Assembly: GCA_000467935.1 (NCBI GenBank)
Contig: KI259781.1
Location: 28,671 to 60,670, forward strand
DNA: 32,000 bases
Origin: Peptostreptococcaceae bacterium oral taxon 113 str. W5053
GTDB lineage: Bacteria > Bacillota > Clostridia > Tissierellales > Peptoniphilaceae
Reading direction: 5' to 3'
Part shown: positions 17,444 to 24,934 of the stretch, in pieces
Layout of the letters: every line of letters starts with the position of its first letter
Position numbering within the stretch: the first letter of the stretch is position 1
The notes under the pieces: generated by a model
The model's database searches: none
What the model was told of the DNA's origin: nothing
What the model saw: the letters and a program-made list of their open reading frames with translations, nothing else
Translations under genes and position numbers: made by a program

Positions 17444-19994
17444 GTGTTTCCCCTCCGAGAAGCTTCTTGAATTCCTGAAGTCCGAGCAGGTCAAATTCAC
17501 TGCCTTCGAGCTCGTCCATCATTGAAGAAAGTTCTTTTTCCGTCTCTTCAATTTGTCGTTCCACCTCGGCAAAGGTCGTTTCGTATTTTTTGGCAAGCAC
17601 TTCGAGTTTGGTGACCAATTCCGAGACAATGCCGTCCGGGAGCTGCATTAAATTCCGAAGCAGCGGATGTATCCATTTTTCCTTAAGCAGTTCAATGACC
17701 TGTTCCTCAGACAGACTTTCTATGGTTTCTTTTGTTTTTTCTTCTAATAATGCACTTTCCGTTTTAATCTCCGACTTTAATGCCTTTTCTTCTGTATTTA
17801 ATGCGAAGGCGGCTTTTAGTTTTTTCTTTGTTTCCGGTTCAATATCCTTAAGTTTCAGCGCTTTCTTAACTTCGGCAAATACAAAGCTATCCTCATTTAC
17901 ATAGTCTGTCTCTTTTTCTTCTTCGGTCAGCGTATCAAAAAGCTCTTCATACTCGGAAGTGATTTCGGACAGTCTGTTTTCTTTTTGCTGTACCCTCTGC
18001 TTTTCGTCTGAAAGTAATGTATTTTGCACAAGGTCGAACGGAATAATACGTCCTTTCCAGCCTTCCTGTACTTCCTGTTCAGAATTTCCTTTCTTTTTGA
18101 CGACCATATTCGGGTCAACAACTTTTGCCGCCTCAAAGCCTTCTGTCTGAAGAATTTCCAAGTCTATGGCAATTTTCGTCCAATCATCATCAAGCAATTG
18201 ATATGCTGTATACTTATCTATAAGAGGAATACCTTTTAGTCTTGCAAAAATATCGGAGGATAAAACTTCCTCTGTCTTTGAGATCCCGAGTGTATCCATG
18301 TTCGCAATCAATTCGTTATACAGATACTCATCAAAATTTCCGAACGCGTTTTTGAAACTTTGTTCAAATGCCTGTACATTACTATGTTCCTTAACTGTTT
18401 TTTTTATGTCTGCGGCAACAATCCGAAAGTACTCGCCTGTCGTTTTTTCTAAAAGAGCAGTTTTAAGCGTTGGAAACGCTGTCCAATACTCACCAAGCTC
18501 GTTAATTTCTGAAATCGGCAGCCCTCCAAACATGGAAGCATAAATATCCCAAGACTCCGCCTTGTCGGAAGAATCAACATATCTCGGAATGTTAAGGTTG
18601 TAGTCGTTTCTTCTAATTTCATCACGACTGACAACTCGTGAGAATTTTTCTTTCGTTTCTCTCCGAGTTACAACATCCACGATTTTCTTAATATCCGATG
18701 CTCTTAGTTTGTTATTTTTTCCTTCTTTTACAAATCCTCTTGAGGCGTCAATAATAAGCACATCGGTATTCGTTCTTTTTTGTTTCAAAACCATCACAAT
18801 GGTCGGAATCCCTGTGCCGTAAAAGATATTTGCAGGAAGCCCGATGATGGCATCAATTTTATTCTTCTCAATTAAATTTTTACGAATTTCGCCTTCCTCT
18901 CCGCCACGGAATAAAACACCATGCGGAAGAACAATATTCATAATGCCGTCAGGCTTGATATGATAAAGGTCATGCAACAAGAAAGCATAATCCGCCTTTC
19001 CCTTTGGGGCAAGCCCATATCCCGCATAACGAGGATCGGTCTCTTTATCCGAAGGATTCCAGCCTTGGGAATAAGGCGGATTGGATACAACCGCATCGAC
19101 ATAAAGCGGATTATATGTTTGGGTCGGATCGTTTTCGTCAAAGTACGGCCAATCATCTTCCAAAGTATCTCCATTTCGAGTGACAATATTGTCCGCTTCA
19201 ATCCCGCGCATCACCAAATTCATACGAGTGAGGTTATACGTATTTTGTTTTAGCTCTTGAGCATAATACTTTATTTTATTTTTCCCCTCGATATACTTGG
19301 ACGCACTCTTTCCGATGTTAATAAGCAGTGAGGCTGAACCGCTTGTAGGATCAAAAATCTCAATTTTCTCTCTGTTTTTCAGATGTTCCGCAACAATTTC
19401 AGACATCAGAAGGGATACTTCGTGAGGCGTATAAAACTCACCCGCTTTTTTCCCTGCATTCGCTGCAAATTTTTCAATTAAATATTCATAAATAAATCCC
19501 AGCACATCATATCCTTGTTTGCCGTCCATCGGAATATCTTTGATAAGATAGATAAGATCACTGATAGATTTTGACTGCGAAGCTGCACTATCCCCTAATT
19601 TACTAAGTCCCGTTTGTAATGTGTCAAAAATACCGTCAAATACTTTCTTTTGAGTAGGATTGATTAGACGACTAAATGCAGACAGAGCATCACGAACATC
19701 CTGAACACTAAAATCTTTGCCTTTAGAAAGCCAAGTGGAAAATAAATTTTCATAAGATATAAAGTATCCTAAGTTTTTCTGTATGCTGATAACCGTTTCT
19801 GTATCTTCCTCTTTTAATTCGGGAAGATATTCATCTGTCCAGTCATTGGTTTTTAAATACTTTACTTCCTTTTCAGAAAGGAATTTATAGAATATAAAGC
19901 CCAGAATGTAGTCTTTATATTCGTTTGCCTCGATTTTGGAACGCATTTTATTTGCAGACTCCCAAATCTTTGCGGCTAACTGTTGCTTGTTCAT
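17430..19994 (-). CDS. hsdM: Type I restriction-modification DNA methyltransferase subunit M, long form with a C-terminal Glu/Lys-rich helical extension
   Basis: 854-aa ORF with an HsdM_N-like N-terminus, AdoMet motif IFDPTSGSASLL and catalytic motif VVSNPPYSQGW. Residues from about 480 onward lie beyond the usual roughly 500-aa HsdM core. RBS ATGGAGGC. Confidence 0.9.
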   Translation of the reverse strand: MNKQQLAAKIWESANKMRSKIEANEYKDYILGFIFYKFLSEKEVKYLKTNDWTDEYLPELKEEDTETVISIQKNLGYFISYENLFSTWLSKGKDFSVQDVRDALSAFSRLINPTQKKVFDGIFDTLQTGLSKLGDSAASQSKSISDLIYLIKDIPMDGKQGYDVLGFIYEYLIEKFAANAGKKAGEFYTPHEVSLLMSEIVAEHLKNREKIEIFDPTSGSASLLINIGKSASKYIEGKNKIKYYAQELKQNTYNLTRMNLVMRGIEADNIVTRNGDTLEDDWPYFDENDPTQTYNPLYVDAVVSNPPYSQGWNPSDKETDPRYAGYGLAPKGKADYAFLLHDLYHIKPDGIMNIVLPHGVLFRGGEEGEIRKNLIEKNKIDAIIGLPANIFYGTGIPTIVMVLKQKRTNTDVLIIDASRGFVKEGKNNKLRASDIKKIVDVVTRRETKEKFSRVVSRDEIRRNDYNLNIPRYVDSSDKAESWDIYASMFGGLPISEINELGEYWTAFPTLKTALLEKTTGEYFRIVAADIKKTVKEHSNVQAFEQSFKNAFGNFDEYLYNELIANMDTLGISKTEEVLSSDIFARLKGIPLIDKYTAYQLLDDDWTKIAIDLEILQTEGFEAAKVVDPNMVVKKKGNSEQEVQEGWKGRIIPFDLVQNTLLSDEKQRVQQKENRLSEITSEYEELFDTLTEEEKETDYVNEDSFVFAEVKKALKLKDIEPETKKKLKAAFALNTEEKALKSEIKTESALLEEKTKETIESLSEEQVIELLKEKWIHPLLRNLMQLPDGIVSELVTKLEVLAKKYETTFAEVERQIEETEKELSSMMDELEGSEFDLLGLQEFKKLLGGETHDGN

Positions 19995-20170
19995 GTAAAA
20001 GCCTCCATATGTCTTAAATTTTTCTAAAACCTTTTAAATAAACGGGCTTATTCTTCATCCGGAAGAAAATCAATACTATCTGTAATGTGTCTTGGTGTTA
20101 AGATAATATCGTCTTCCGCCATGAGTATTGCCTTCACTTAAGACCGCATTTTGCGACCGGTTCATTCTTC

Positions 20171-20195
20171 TTGAGGTCATAAATTGTGACCTCAA
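20171..20195. repeat. Perfect 9-bp inverted repeat with a 7-nt spacer, upstream of hsdM; a candidate operator or RNA stem-loop
   Basis: TTGAGGTCA-taaattg-TGACCTCAA. There is no T-run on either side, so it is not a terminator. Confidence 0.6.
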
Positions 20196-20360
20196 AATCA
20201 TATATCCGCCTCTTATTTATACTTTTATAAACCTAATGTATACATATCATAACATTTTTAACAAGTGTTTTTTCAAAACCGACATGAAGGCTATAACTTT
20301 TTCAAGGGTTTCATTTCCTTATCCTTTGGAGCGCCGTCCTCCCTTTTAAAGGATACGATA

Positions 20361-20394
20361 CAAAAAGACCGCAACAACTAAGCCGCTACGGTCT
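20361..20394 (-). terminator. Rho-independent terminator ending the pdxK-thioesterase-peptidase operon
   Basis: The minus strand reads AGACCGTAGC-ggcttagtt-GTTGCGGTCT (10-bp stem including G-U pairs) followed by TTTTTG. Confidence 0.6.
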
Positions 20395-20526
20395 GATCTT
20401 CCTGTATTCTCCGGTAAAGCTGTCGGCGTTTAACAGATCCTTGTTCGTTCGGAAAGCTTTTCTCCGTTTTGCCCCGATGCTTATGCGAACAGGCTTTCAT
20501 CTGTTTCAGTCCGTTTGTTCTATACT

Positions 20527-21120
20527 CTACTCCCGCTCGATAAAAAATCCACGCATAGCCCGGTGCAAAGTCTTGGTGCGAAGAACTTTCTCCATAGGAA
20601 AGAGTATTCGCATTCCCCATGTGGATATAATGAAATATTTTTCTCCGGACTTTTCTTCTATGCCTGTGACCATCACCCAATGTCCGGATAGAATACTTTT
20701 TGGAATACAATGCCAGTGGAGCATTGCAACGCTGCCTTTTTTCTCCAAAATCGTGCGTATAAAAGTTTCTATATTTTCCTGTGTCCAAGGTTGAACAAAA
20801 GGTTCACTTCTCAATGTCATGCCCCGATTTTTTAAAAATTTTCCAAAGCGTTTTGCAAAAAGAGTCATAAAAGGCAATCCGAAAATTCCCGGTCGAAGAA
20901 TATCTTTTAATTCTTCCGCAAATGTTAGAAATTCAGATTGATCGACGACTTTCCTACTTTCTGACAAATTGTTCGTTTGCGTATAAAAAATATTGCTTGC
21001 TAAAATAACCGCACAGCCGTTGTATCGGAGTTTATCACTCCAATTTTGATCGCCCCCGTAAAATTCACTGCTTGCCCCCTTAACAACAGGTGCCGGAATT
21101 TCCATTTTTTTCGGATTCAT
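20527..21120 (-). CDS. Papain-fold cysteine peptidase-like protein (Peptidase_C39-like)
   Basis: GGDQNWSDKLRYNGCAVILASN (Gln ... Cys nucleophile context) and SGHWVMVTG (catalytic His context) resemble C39-like domains. The start is uncertain (TTG 21156, ATG 21120 or ATG 21105), and none has a good RBS. Confidence 0.55.
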   Translation of the reverse strand: MNPKKMEIPAPVVKGASSEFYGGDQNWSDKLRYNGCAVILASNIFYTQTNNLSESRKVVDQSEFLTFAEELKDILRPGIFGLPFMTLFAKRFGKFLKNRGMTLRSEPFVQPWTQENIETFIRTILEKKGSVAMLHWHCIPKSILSGHWVMVTGIEEKSGEKYFIISTWGMRILFPMEKVLRTKTLHRAMRGFFIERE

Positions 21121-21523
21121 TTTCTTCTTTTTGATGACGTCGTATTTTGTCCGCAATTTTCGCTTTTAGTGCATCCGGTGAAACGATATAGCGTTCATGT
21201 TTCGCTTTTCCTACCAGTTCTTTCTCATCAAATAATTTTACTTGAAAAACCAAACGCTTGTTATGAATTTCCGTAAGCTCGCATTCACAACGAACTTGCA
21301 TTCTGATAGGTGTCGAAGCCAAATGGTTTAACTCAACGGAAATCCCGACCGTTCCTAAACCCTGTTCCAGTTCCGGCTCTACACAGTGACGACAGGTGCG
21401 TTCTAAAAAGGCAAGCATTTCGGGCGTCGAAAAAACAGGAACACCCTTATTTCCTAATCTCTCAGCCGTCATTTCCCGGTTCACTTCAACTTCTTCCCTG
21501 TATTTCATTCCTTCCTTCAGCAT
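21080..21523 (-). CDS. Hotdog-fold thioesterase, FlK-like family
   Basis: Starting from the ATG at 21523: MLKEGMKYREEVEVNREMTAERLG...VFSTPEMLAFLERTC...LGTVGISVELNHLASTPIRMQV...GKAKHERYIV. This parallels the fluoroacetyl-CoA thioesterase-like family. The ATGCTGA junction overlaps the pdxK stop. The upstream 43 codons of the track ORF lie inside pdxK. Confidence 0.65.
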   Translation of the reverse strand: MLKEGMKYREEVEVNREMTAERLGNKGVPVFSTPEMLAFLERTCRHCVEPELEQGLGTVGISVELNHLASTPIRMQVRCECELTEIHNKRLVFQVKLFDEKELVGKAKHERYIVSPDALKAKIADKIRRHQKEENESEKNGNSGTCC

Positions 21524-22365
21524 GCTTCTCCTGCTCCTCTCAATAACTTTAAATGATTCTCGATAAATAATCCGTCTCTTGTATCTTTCGTAAATTCCCG
21601 ATTGCCCAAAATGGCACGATAAATAAAATCGGAGGCTTTTCTTGCAGAGCATTCCAAATTTTTTCCTCTTAGCAAATTCCCCAAAAGCACGGCGGAAAAC
21701 ACATCGCCCGTGCCGGGAAAATTAACGGGAATATATTCATAATCCACCGTAAAATTCCGTTTTTCCACATGGTCATAGCCATAAATACAATGCCTTCCCC
21801 CAGGCGTGATCACGCTGGTGATCAGATAGCTTTGTGCACCCAAGTCCGACAAACCTTCTCCCAATTCTTTCAATTCCTTTTCACTTTCCACTTTATCTTT
21901 CGCTTCTTTTCTTCCGGTCAAAAAATAAGCCTCGGTTAAATTGGGCAAAGTCACATGCGATTTTTTGACCATATTTTGCATCAGAGGAATCAAATTTTCC
22001 GACAAACCGTTGTATAGTGAACCGTGATCTCCCATAATGGGATCCACCATGATAAAAGGATTTTTTTCTCTGTTGTTGTCAATCAATTCTTCAATGAGGG
22101 GAATTTGCTTTTCCGATGAAATAAAACCCGTGGCAATGGAATCCATTTGAAAACCTAAACGTTTCCACACCTGAATGGCCTCTTTCATATATTCCGTGGT
22201 ATCCAGCAGATGAAAATCCCCATAATCCAAAGTGTTGGAGACCAATGCCGTGGGCAGATTGTGAACGGAAAATCCCATATACGATAAAATGGGAATCATC
22301 GCTCCCAAAGCCACCTTTGTCACGCCCGGCAAATCGTTGACCAACATCACCGCTTTTTTCTCCAT
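21517..22365 (-). CDS. pdxK: Pyridoxal/pyridoxine/pyridoxamine kinase (ribokinase superfamily)
   Basis: 282-aa ORF. The N-terminus ...VMLVNDLPGVTKVALGAMIPILSYMGFSVHNLPTALVSNT and the C-terminal anion-hole motif FPGTGDVFSAVLLG are typical of PdxK-type pyridoxamine kinases. RBS GAGGTG. Confidence 0.8.
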   Translation of the reverse strand: MEKKAVMLVNDLPGVTKVALGAMIPILSYMGFSVHNLPTALVSNTLDYGDFHLLDTTEYMKEAIQVWKRLGFQMDSIATGFISSEKQIPLIEELIDNNREKNPFIMVDPIMGDHGSLYNGLSENLIPLMQNMVKKSHVTLPNLTEAYFLTGRKEAKDKVESEKELKELGEGLSDLGAQSYLITSVITPGGRHCIYGYDHVEKRNFTVDYEYIPVNFPGTGDVFSAVLLGNLLRGKNLECSARKASDFIYRAILGNREFTKDTRDGLFIENHLKLLRGAGEAC

Positions 22366-22388
22366 ATCTGCACCTCATTTCCGCTATT

Positions 22389-22417
22389 ATTATACTCCTT
22401 CCCCCGAACTTTGTCTT
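22389..22417 (-). promoter_or_regulatory. Candidate promoter for the pdxK operon
   Basis: Minus strand: AAGACA, 17-nt spacer, TATAAT. Confidence 0.45.
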
Positions 22418-22582
22418 AATTTTTTTCTTAAGATATCCTTAAGCCCTGCAAAGGAGTGAAGTTTATGCGAAGAAAAGATCCCGAAATTCAAGTCTCCAAA
22501 TCCAATCCCGGTCAAATAGTTTCTAAATATAAATAAATTTAATATACTCATCTTGTTTTTATTTTTTTATTATTATATTTTC

Positions 22583-22617
22583 TTGACTCTTAGAATAATT
22601 TCTGTTAGCATTATAAT
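22583..22617 (+). promoter_or_regulatory. Candidate promoter for the exported-protein/ABC cluster
   Basis: TTGACT, 17-nt spacer, TAGCAT, immediately followed by TATAAT. It lies 30 nt upstream of the AAGGAGG RBS of the gene starting at 22647. Confidence 0.5.
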
Positions 22618-22646
22618 GTACCAAATATTTTATAAGGAGGATTGTT

Positions 22647-23075
22647 ATGAACACAAAAAAAATTCTGTCGGTATTGTTGTTGACCCTGCTGATAAGCTTG
22701 CCGTTAAGCACAGCATTTGCAAGGGAACAAGGTTTTGAGTTTTCACTATACTATCAGGGGGGACCGGAAGTAGAGCATACCTCTCCCGAGAGAAAACCCG
22801 ATGCCGAACCCGCTCTGTATGCCTATTTAACTTATATTAATTACAATGGAAGTTTTGTGGATGAGTATTTTACCATTTGGGCTGAAAAGAAAGTCTTGTT
22901 TTACACTACTTTAAGCAATCCGACCACAGTGCATGGATTGTACAATCCTGCATACACTTTTTATCGTGATGGGGGTGGCGTAATGCAGGGAAAATTCATA
23001 GGAATGGGAATTAAACGTCAGGGAAAAGTACTTCGCGACAAAACAATAGGAGTAGGCGGTAAATTTGAACCTTAA
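22647..23075 (+). CDS. Small Sec-secreted protein of unknown function
   Basis: 142-aa ORF behind a strong RBS (AAGGAGG, 7 nt). Signal peptide MNTKKILSVLLLTLLISLPLSTAFA. The mature part is Tyr/Gly-rich and looks beta-rich. I recognise no family. Confidence 0.7.
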   Translation: MNTKKILSVLLLTLLISLPLSTAFAREQGFEFSLYYQGGPEVEHTSPERKPDAEPALYAYLTYINYNGSFVDEYFTIWAEKKVLFYTTLSNPTTVHGLYNPAYTFYRDGGGVMQGKFIGMGIKRQGKVLRDKTIGVGGKFEP

Positions 23076-23967
23076 AAGTAAGTATTCATTAATATGGCTT
23101 TTAAGTTTTTCGGTTCTTTGTCTTTTTATCCCTTCCTGTACAAAAACCGAATCGGAAGCCTCCTCGCCCAAGTCGATATCCGAATGTAAGCTGACTGCCC
23201 TGGAGGGTATAATAGGAGAATCCGGGGCAGAAAGAGAGTATCCCTTTGCCCAAGAGGATTTTCCCGTGGTATTGGACTTTCTTCAATACTTTGACCGTTC
23301 CGCAGCTTCCCTCCCCGTAAAAGAACCGGACGCCATGATTCCGGTGGGACATTTTGTTGCCCTGGATCAAAATGGAAAAACTTTTTCCTATGACTACCTG
23401 GTTGATAAAAAAAGTACAGATGAGTATCTGTGCCGTAAGGGCAATTGTATGCGTATCGATCCCGAGGATCCGAATCAAGCCGCCTTTTGGGAAAAAATCT
23501 ACGCTCAAGTCGAAGAATCCGAAGAAGCGAAAAAAGGTCCGTTTCGGGAGATGCCTCCGGAGATTGTGAAAGTTTCCGTTGAGTTAGGCTTGGGAAACAA
23601 GTATAAAATGGATCACAGACATTTTGAACTTCCGAAAGAAAAATGGGAGAAACTGCAAGATTCGGTGCTTCAACTTCTAAAGCGGGAGCAAGTCGGGAAA
23701 AGTCCCGATCCCCATCAGGTCGGGCGTTCTCAAGGACTTATTTTTGCAGGCACGGACTATCGCTTTCTCTTTTTTTTCCCTTATATGGAACTGGCAAACA
23801 AAGAGCTTTCCGATCAGGATTCGGTGGATGTGCTCTTCTATTCCGGGGATGACTATAAGGTCTTGACAAAAACGGTTCCCTGCAACGATCCCGTCTTACA
23901 GGAAATCGTATCCGTGCTCCTTGAAGAAGACCCCTGGAAGGCTGCTCGAAACAGAGAAGGAAGATAG
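23065..23967 (+). CDS. Lipoprotein of unknown function
   Basis: 300-aa ORF. TTG start overlaps the preceding gene by 11 nt (AGGCGG upstream). Signal peptide with lipobox ...LCLFIPSC. I recognise no family. Confidence 0.65.
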   Translation: MNLKSKYSLIWLLSFSVLCLFIPSCTKTESEASSPKSISECKLTALEGIIGESGAEREYPFAQEDFPVVLDFLQYFDRSAASLPVKEPDAMIPVGHFVALDQNGKTFSYDYLVDKKSTDEYLCRKGNCMRIDPEDPNQAAFWEKIYAQVEESEEAKKGPFREMPPEIVKVSVELGLGNKYKMDHRHFELPKEKWEKLQDSVLQLLKREQVGKSPDPHQVGRSQGLIFAGTDYRFLFFFPYMELANKELSDQDSVDVLFYSGDDYKVLTKTVPCNDPVLQEIVSVLLEEDPWKAARNREGR

Positions 23968-23973
23968 AAAACA

Positions 23974-24008
23974 AAAAGAGGGGGACTTTTTTCGTCCCCT
24001 CTTTTTTT
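23974..24008 (+). terminator. Strong rho-independent terminator after the lipoprotein gene
   Basis: AAAAAGAGGGGGAC-ttttttc-GTCCCCTCTTTTTTT, a GC-rich stem followed by T7. Confidence 0.8.
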
Positions 24009-24109
24009 ACGAAAACCGTCGGGCGGAAAAATTTTTCCGAAAAGCCGCGTTCAACCATCCGCAACGGCAGCGAAATAAACCCGACAAATCATTTAAAATA
24101 TAGTGAGGA

Positions 24110-24934
24110 ATGGTGAATCATATGAAAAATGAATGGAAACGGGCGTTTTTTCATCCGATATTCTGGTTGGGTGTTGTCATCATCACTTTGGTTCTTTATG
24201 CTTCCGGCAGGAATGCGCTGCTGTCCTTGGAGACACACGGGCAAGTCCCTCCGGAGTATTTATTGCGGGGAATGGAATATTCCGTCAACGGTTATGTGAA
24301 TATTTATTGGAGTTCACTGATGAACTACGCTTTATGGCTGTGGCCTTTTTGGGTCGGCATTCCATATATTGTGGAATATGCTACGGAACTGTCCGCAGGT
24401 TTTGCGCCGATGATGAATCTGCGCACGGGCAAAAAAGGAATCTATGAACGGCGCAAGCTTTTGATCAGCGGTTTGATTTCCGGCTGTTCGGTGATTTTCC
24501 CCCTGCTTCTTTATCTTTTGATTCTGTATTTGCGTATAGGTCATTTCGGGCCGGGGCGATATATTGTGGAGTTGCAGGGCGGTATAGACCGATTGCCCTT
24601 TGTTTTTATTCATCCCCATGCTCTTTTTCATCAAATTCTTCTGATCGGGGCATATGGTGTCGTCCTGGGGATTTTGGGAGCGTTGTTGGCAAGAAAATTA
24701 AAGCTTCCCGCATTTAGCTATCTTTTTGTTCCGGTCTGTCTGATCGGACAGAATAAAATCCTTGAAACTTTCGCCTTTCTCACCAAAAGCCGAATTTGGA
24801 ATTCCTTTAATATTTTGGGAATCTATGTTATGGATATCTACAGTTATCGCTATGTGATTATTCAATTGTTTGTTCTCATTTGTTTCGTCTATTTTCTTTA
24901 TGAACACGAAAAAAGGAGTGAAGTGGAAGAATGA
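24110..24934 (+). CDS. ABC-2-type transporter permease-like membrane protein
   Basis: 274-aa ORF with about 6 hydrophobic segments, directly upstream of a second permease and an ABC ATPase. Start uncertain (ATG 24110, GTG 24113 or ATG 24122; GAGGA at 24103). Confidence 0.65.
   Translation: MVNHMKNEWKRAFFHPIFWLGVVIITLVLYASGRNALLSLETHGQVPPEYLLRGMEYSVNGYVNIYWSSLMNYALWLWPFWVGIPYIVEYATELSAGFAPMMNLRTGKKGIYERRKLLISGLISGCSVIFPLLLYLLILYLRIGHFGPGRYIVELQGGIDRLPFVFIHPHALFHQILLIGAYGVVLGILGALLARKLKLPAFSYLFVPVCLIGQNKILETFAFLTKSRIWNSFNILGIYVMDIYSYRYVIIQLFVLICFVYFLYEHEKRSEVEE

Noticed and set aside
17590-17904. 104-aa Ser/Phe-rich plus-strand ORF opposite the hsdM C-terminal region
   Set aside because: It is the mirror image of the Glu/Lys-rich coding strand (GAA/AAA codons read as TTC/TTT), which makes it an expected antisense artefact.
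18398-18405. T8/A8 homopolymer inside hsdM (and A7 at 17424-17430 in the hsdM/hsdS overlap) as phase-variation switches
   Set aside because: The tracts are short and expected by chance in roughly 35% GC coding sequence rich in Lys codons. Both genes are intact, and there is no evidence of length heterogeneity.
12782-20400. Mobile-element boundaries (direct repeats, integrase, transposase, tRNA) around the type I R-M operon
   Set aside because: Comparison of both flanks by eye showed no shared repeats, and no recombinase ORF is present. The region is reported only as compositionally distinct.
22420-22446. CTTAAG...GATATC...CTTAAG near-palindrome between the divergent pdxK and cluster promoters
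   Set aside because: The symmetry is off by one base (cttaagatatccttaag versus its complement cttaaggatatcttaag) and consists of self-complementary hexamers. That is too weak to call an operator.
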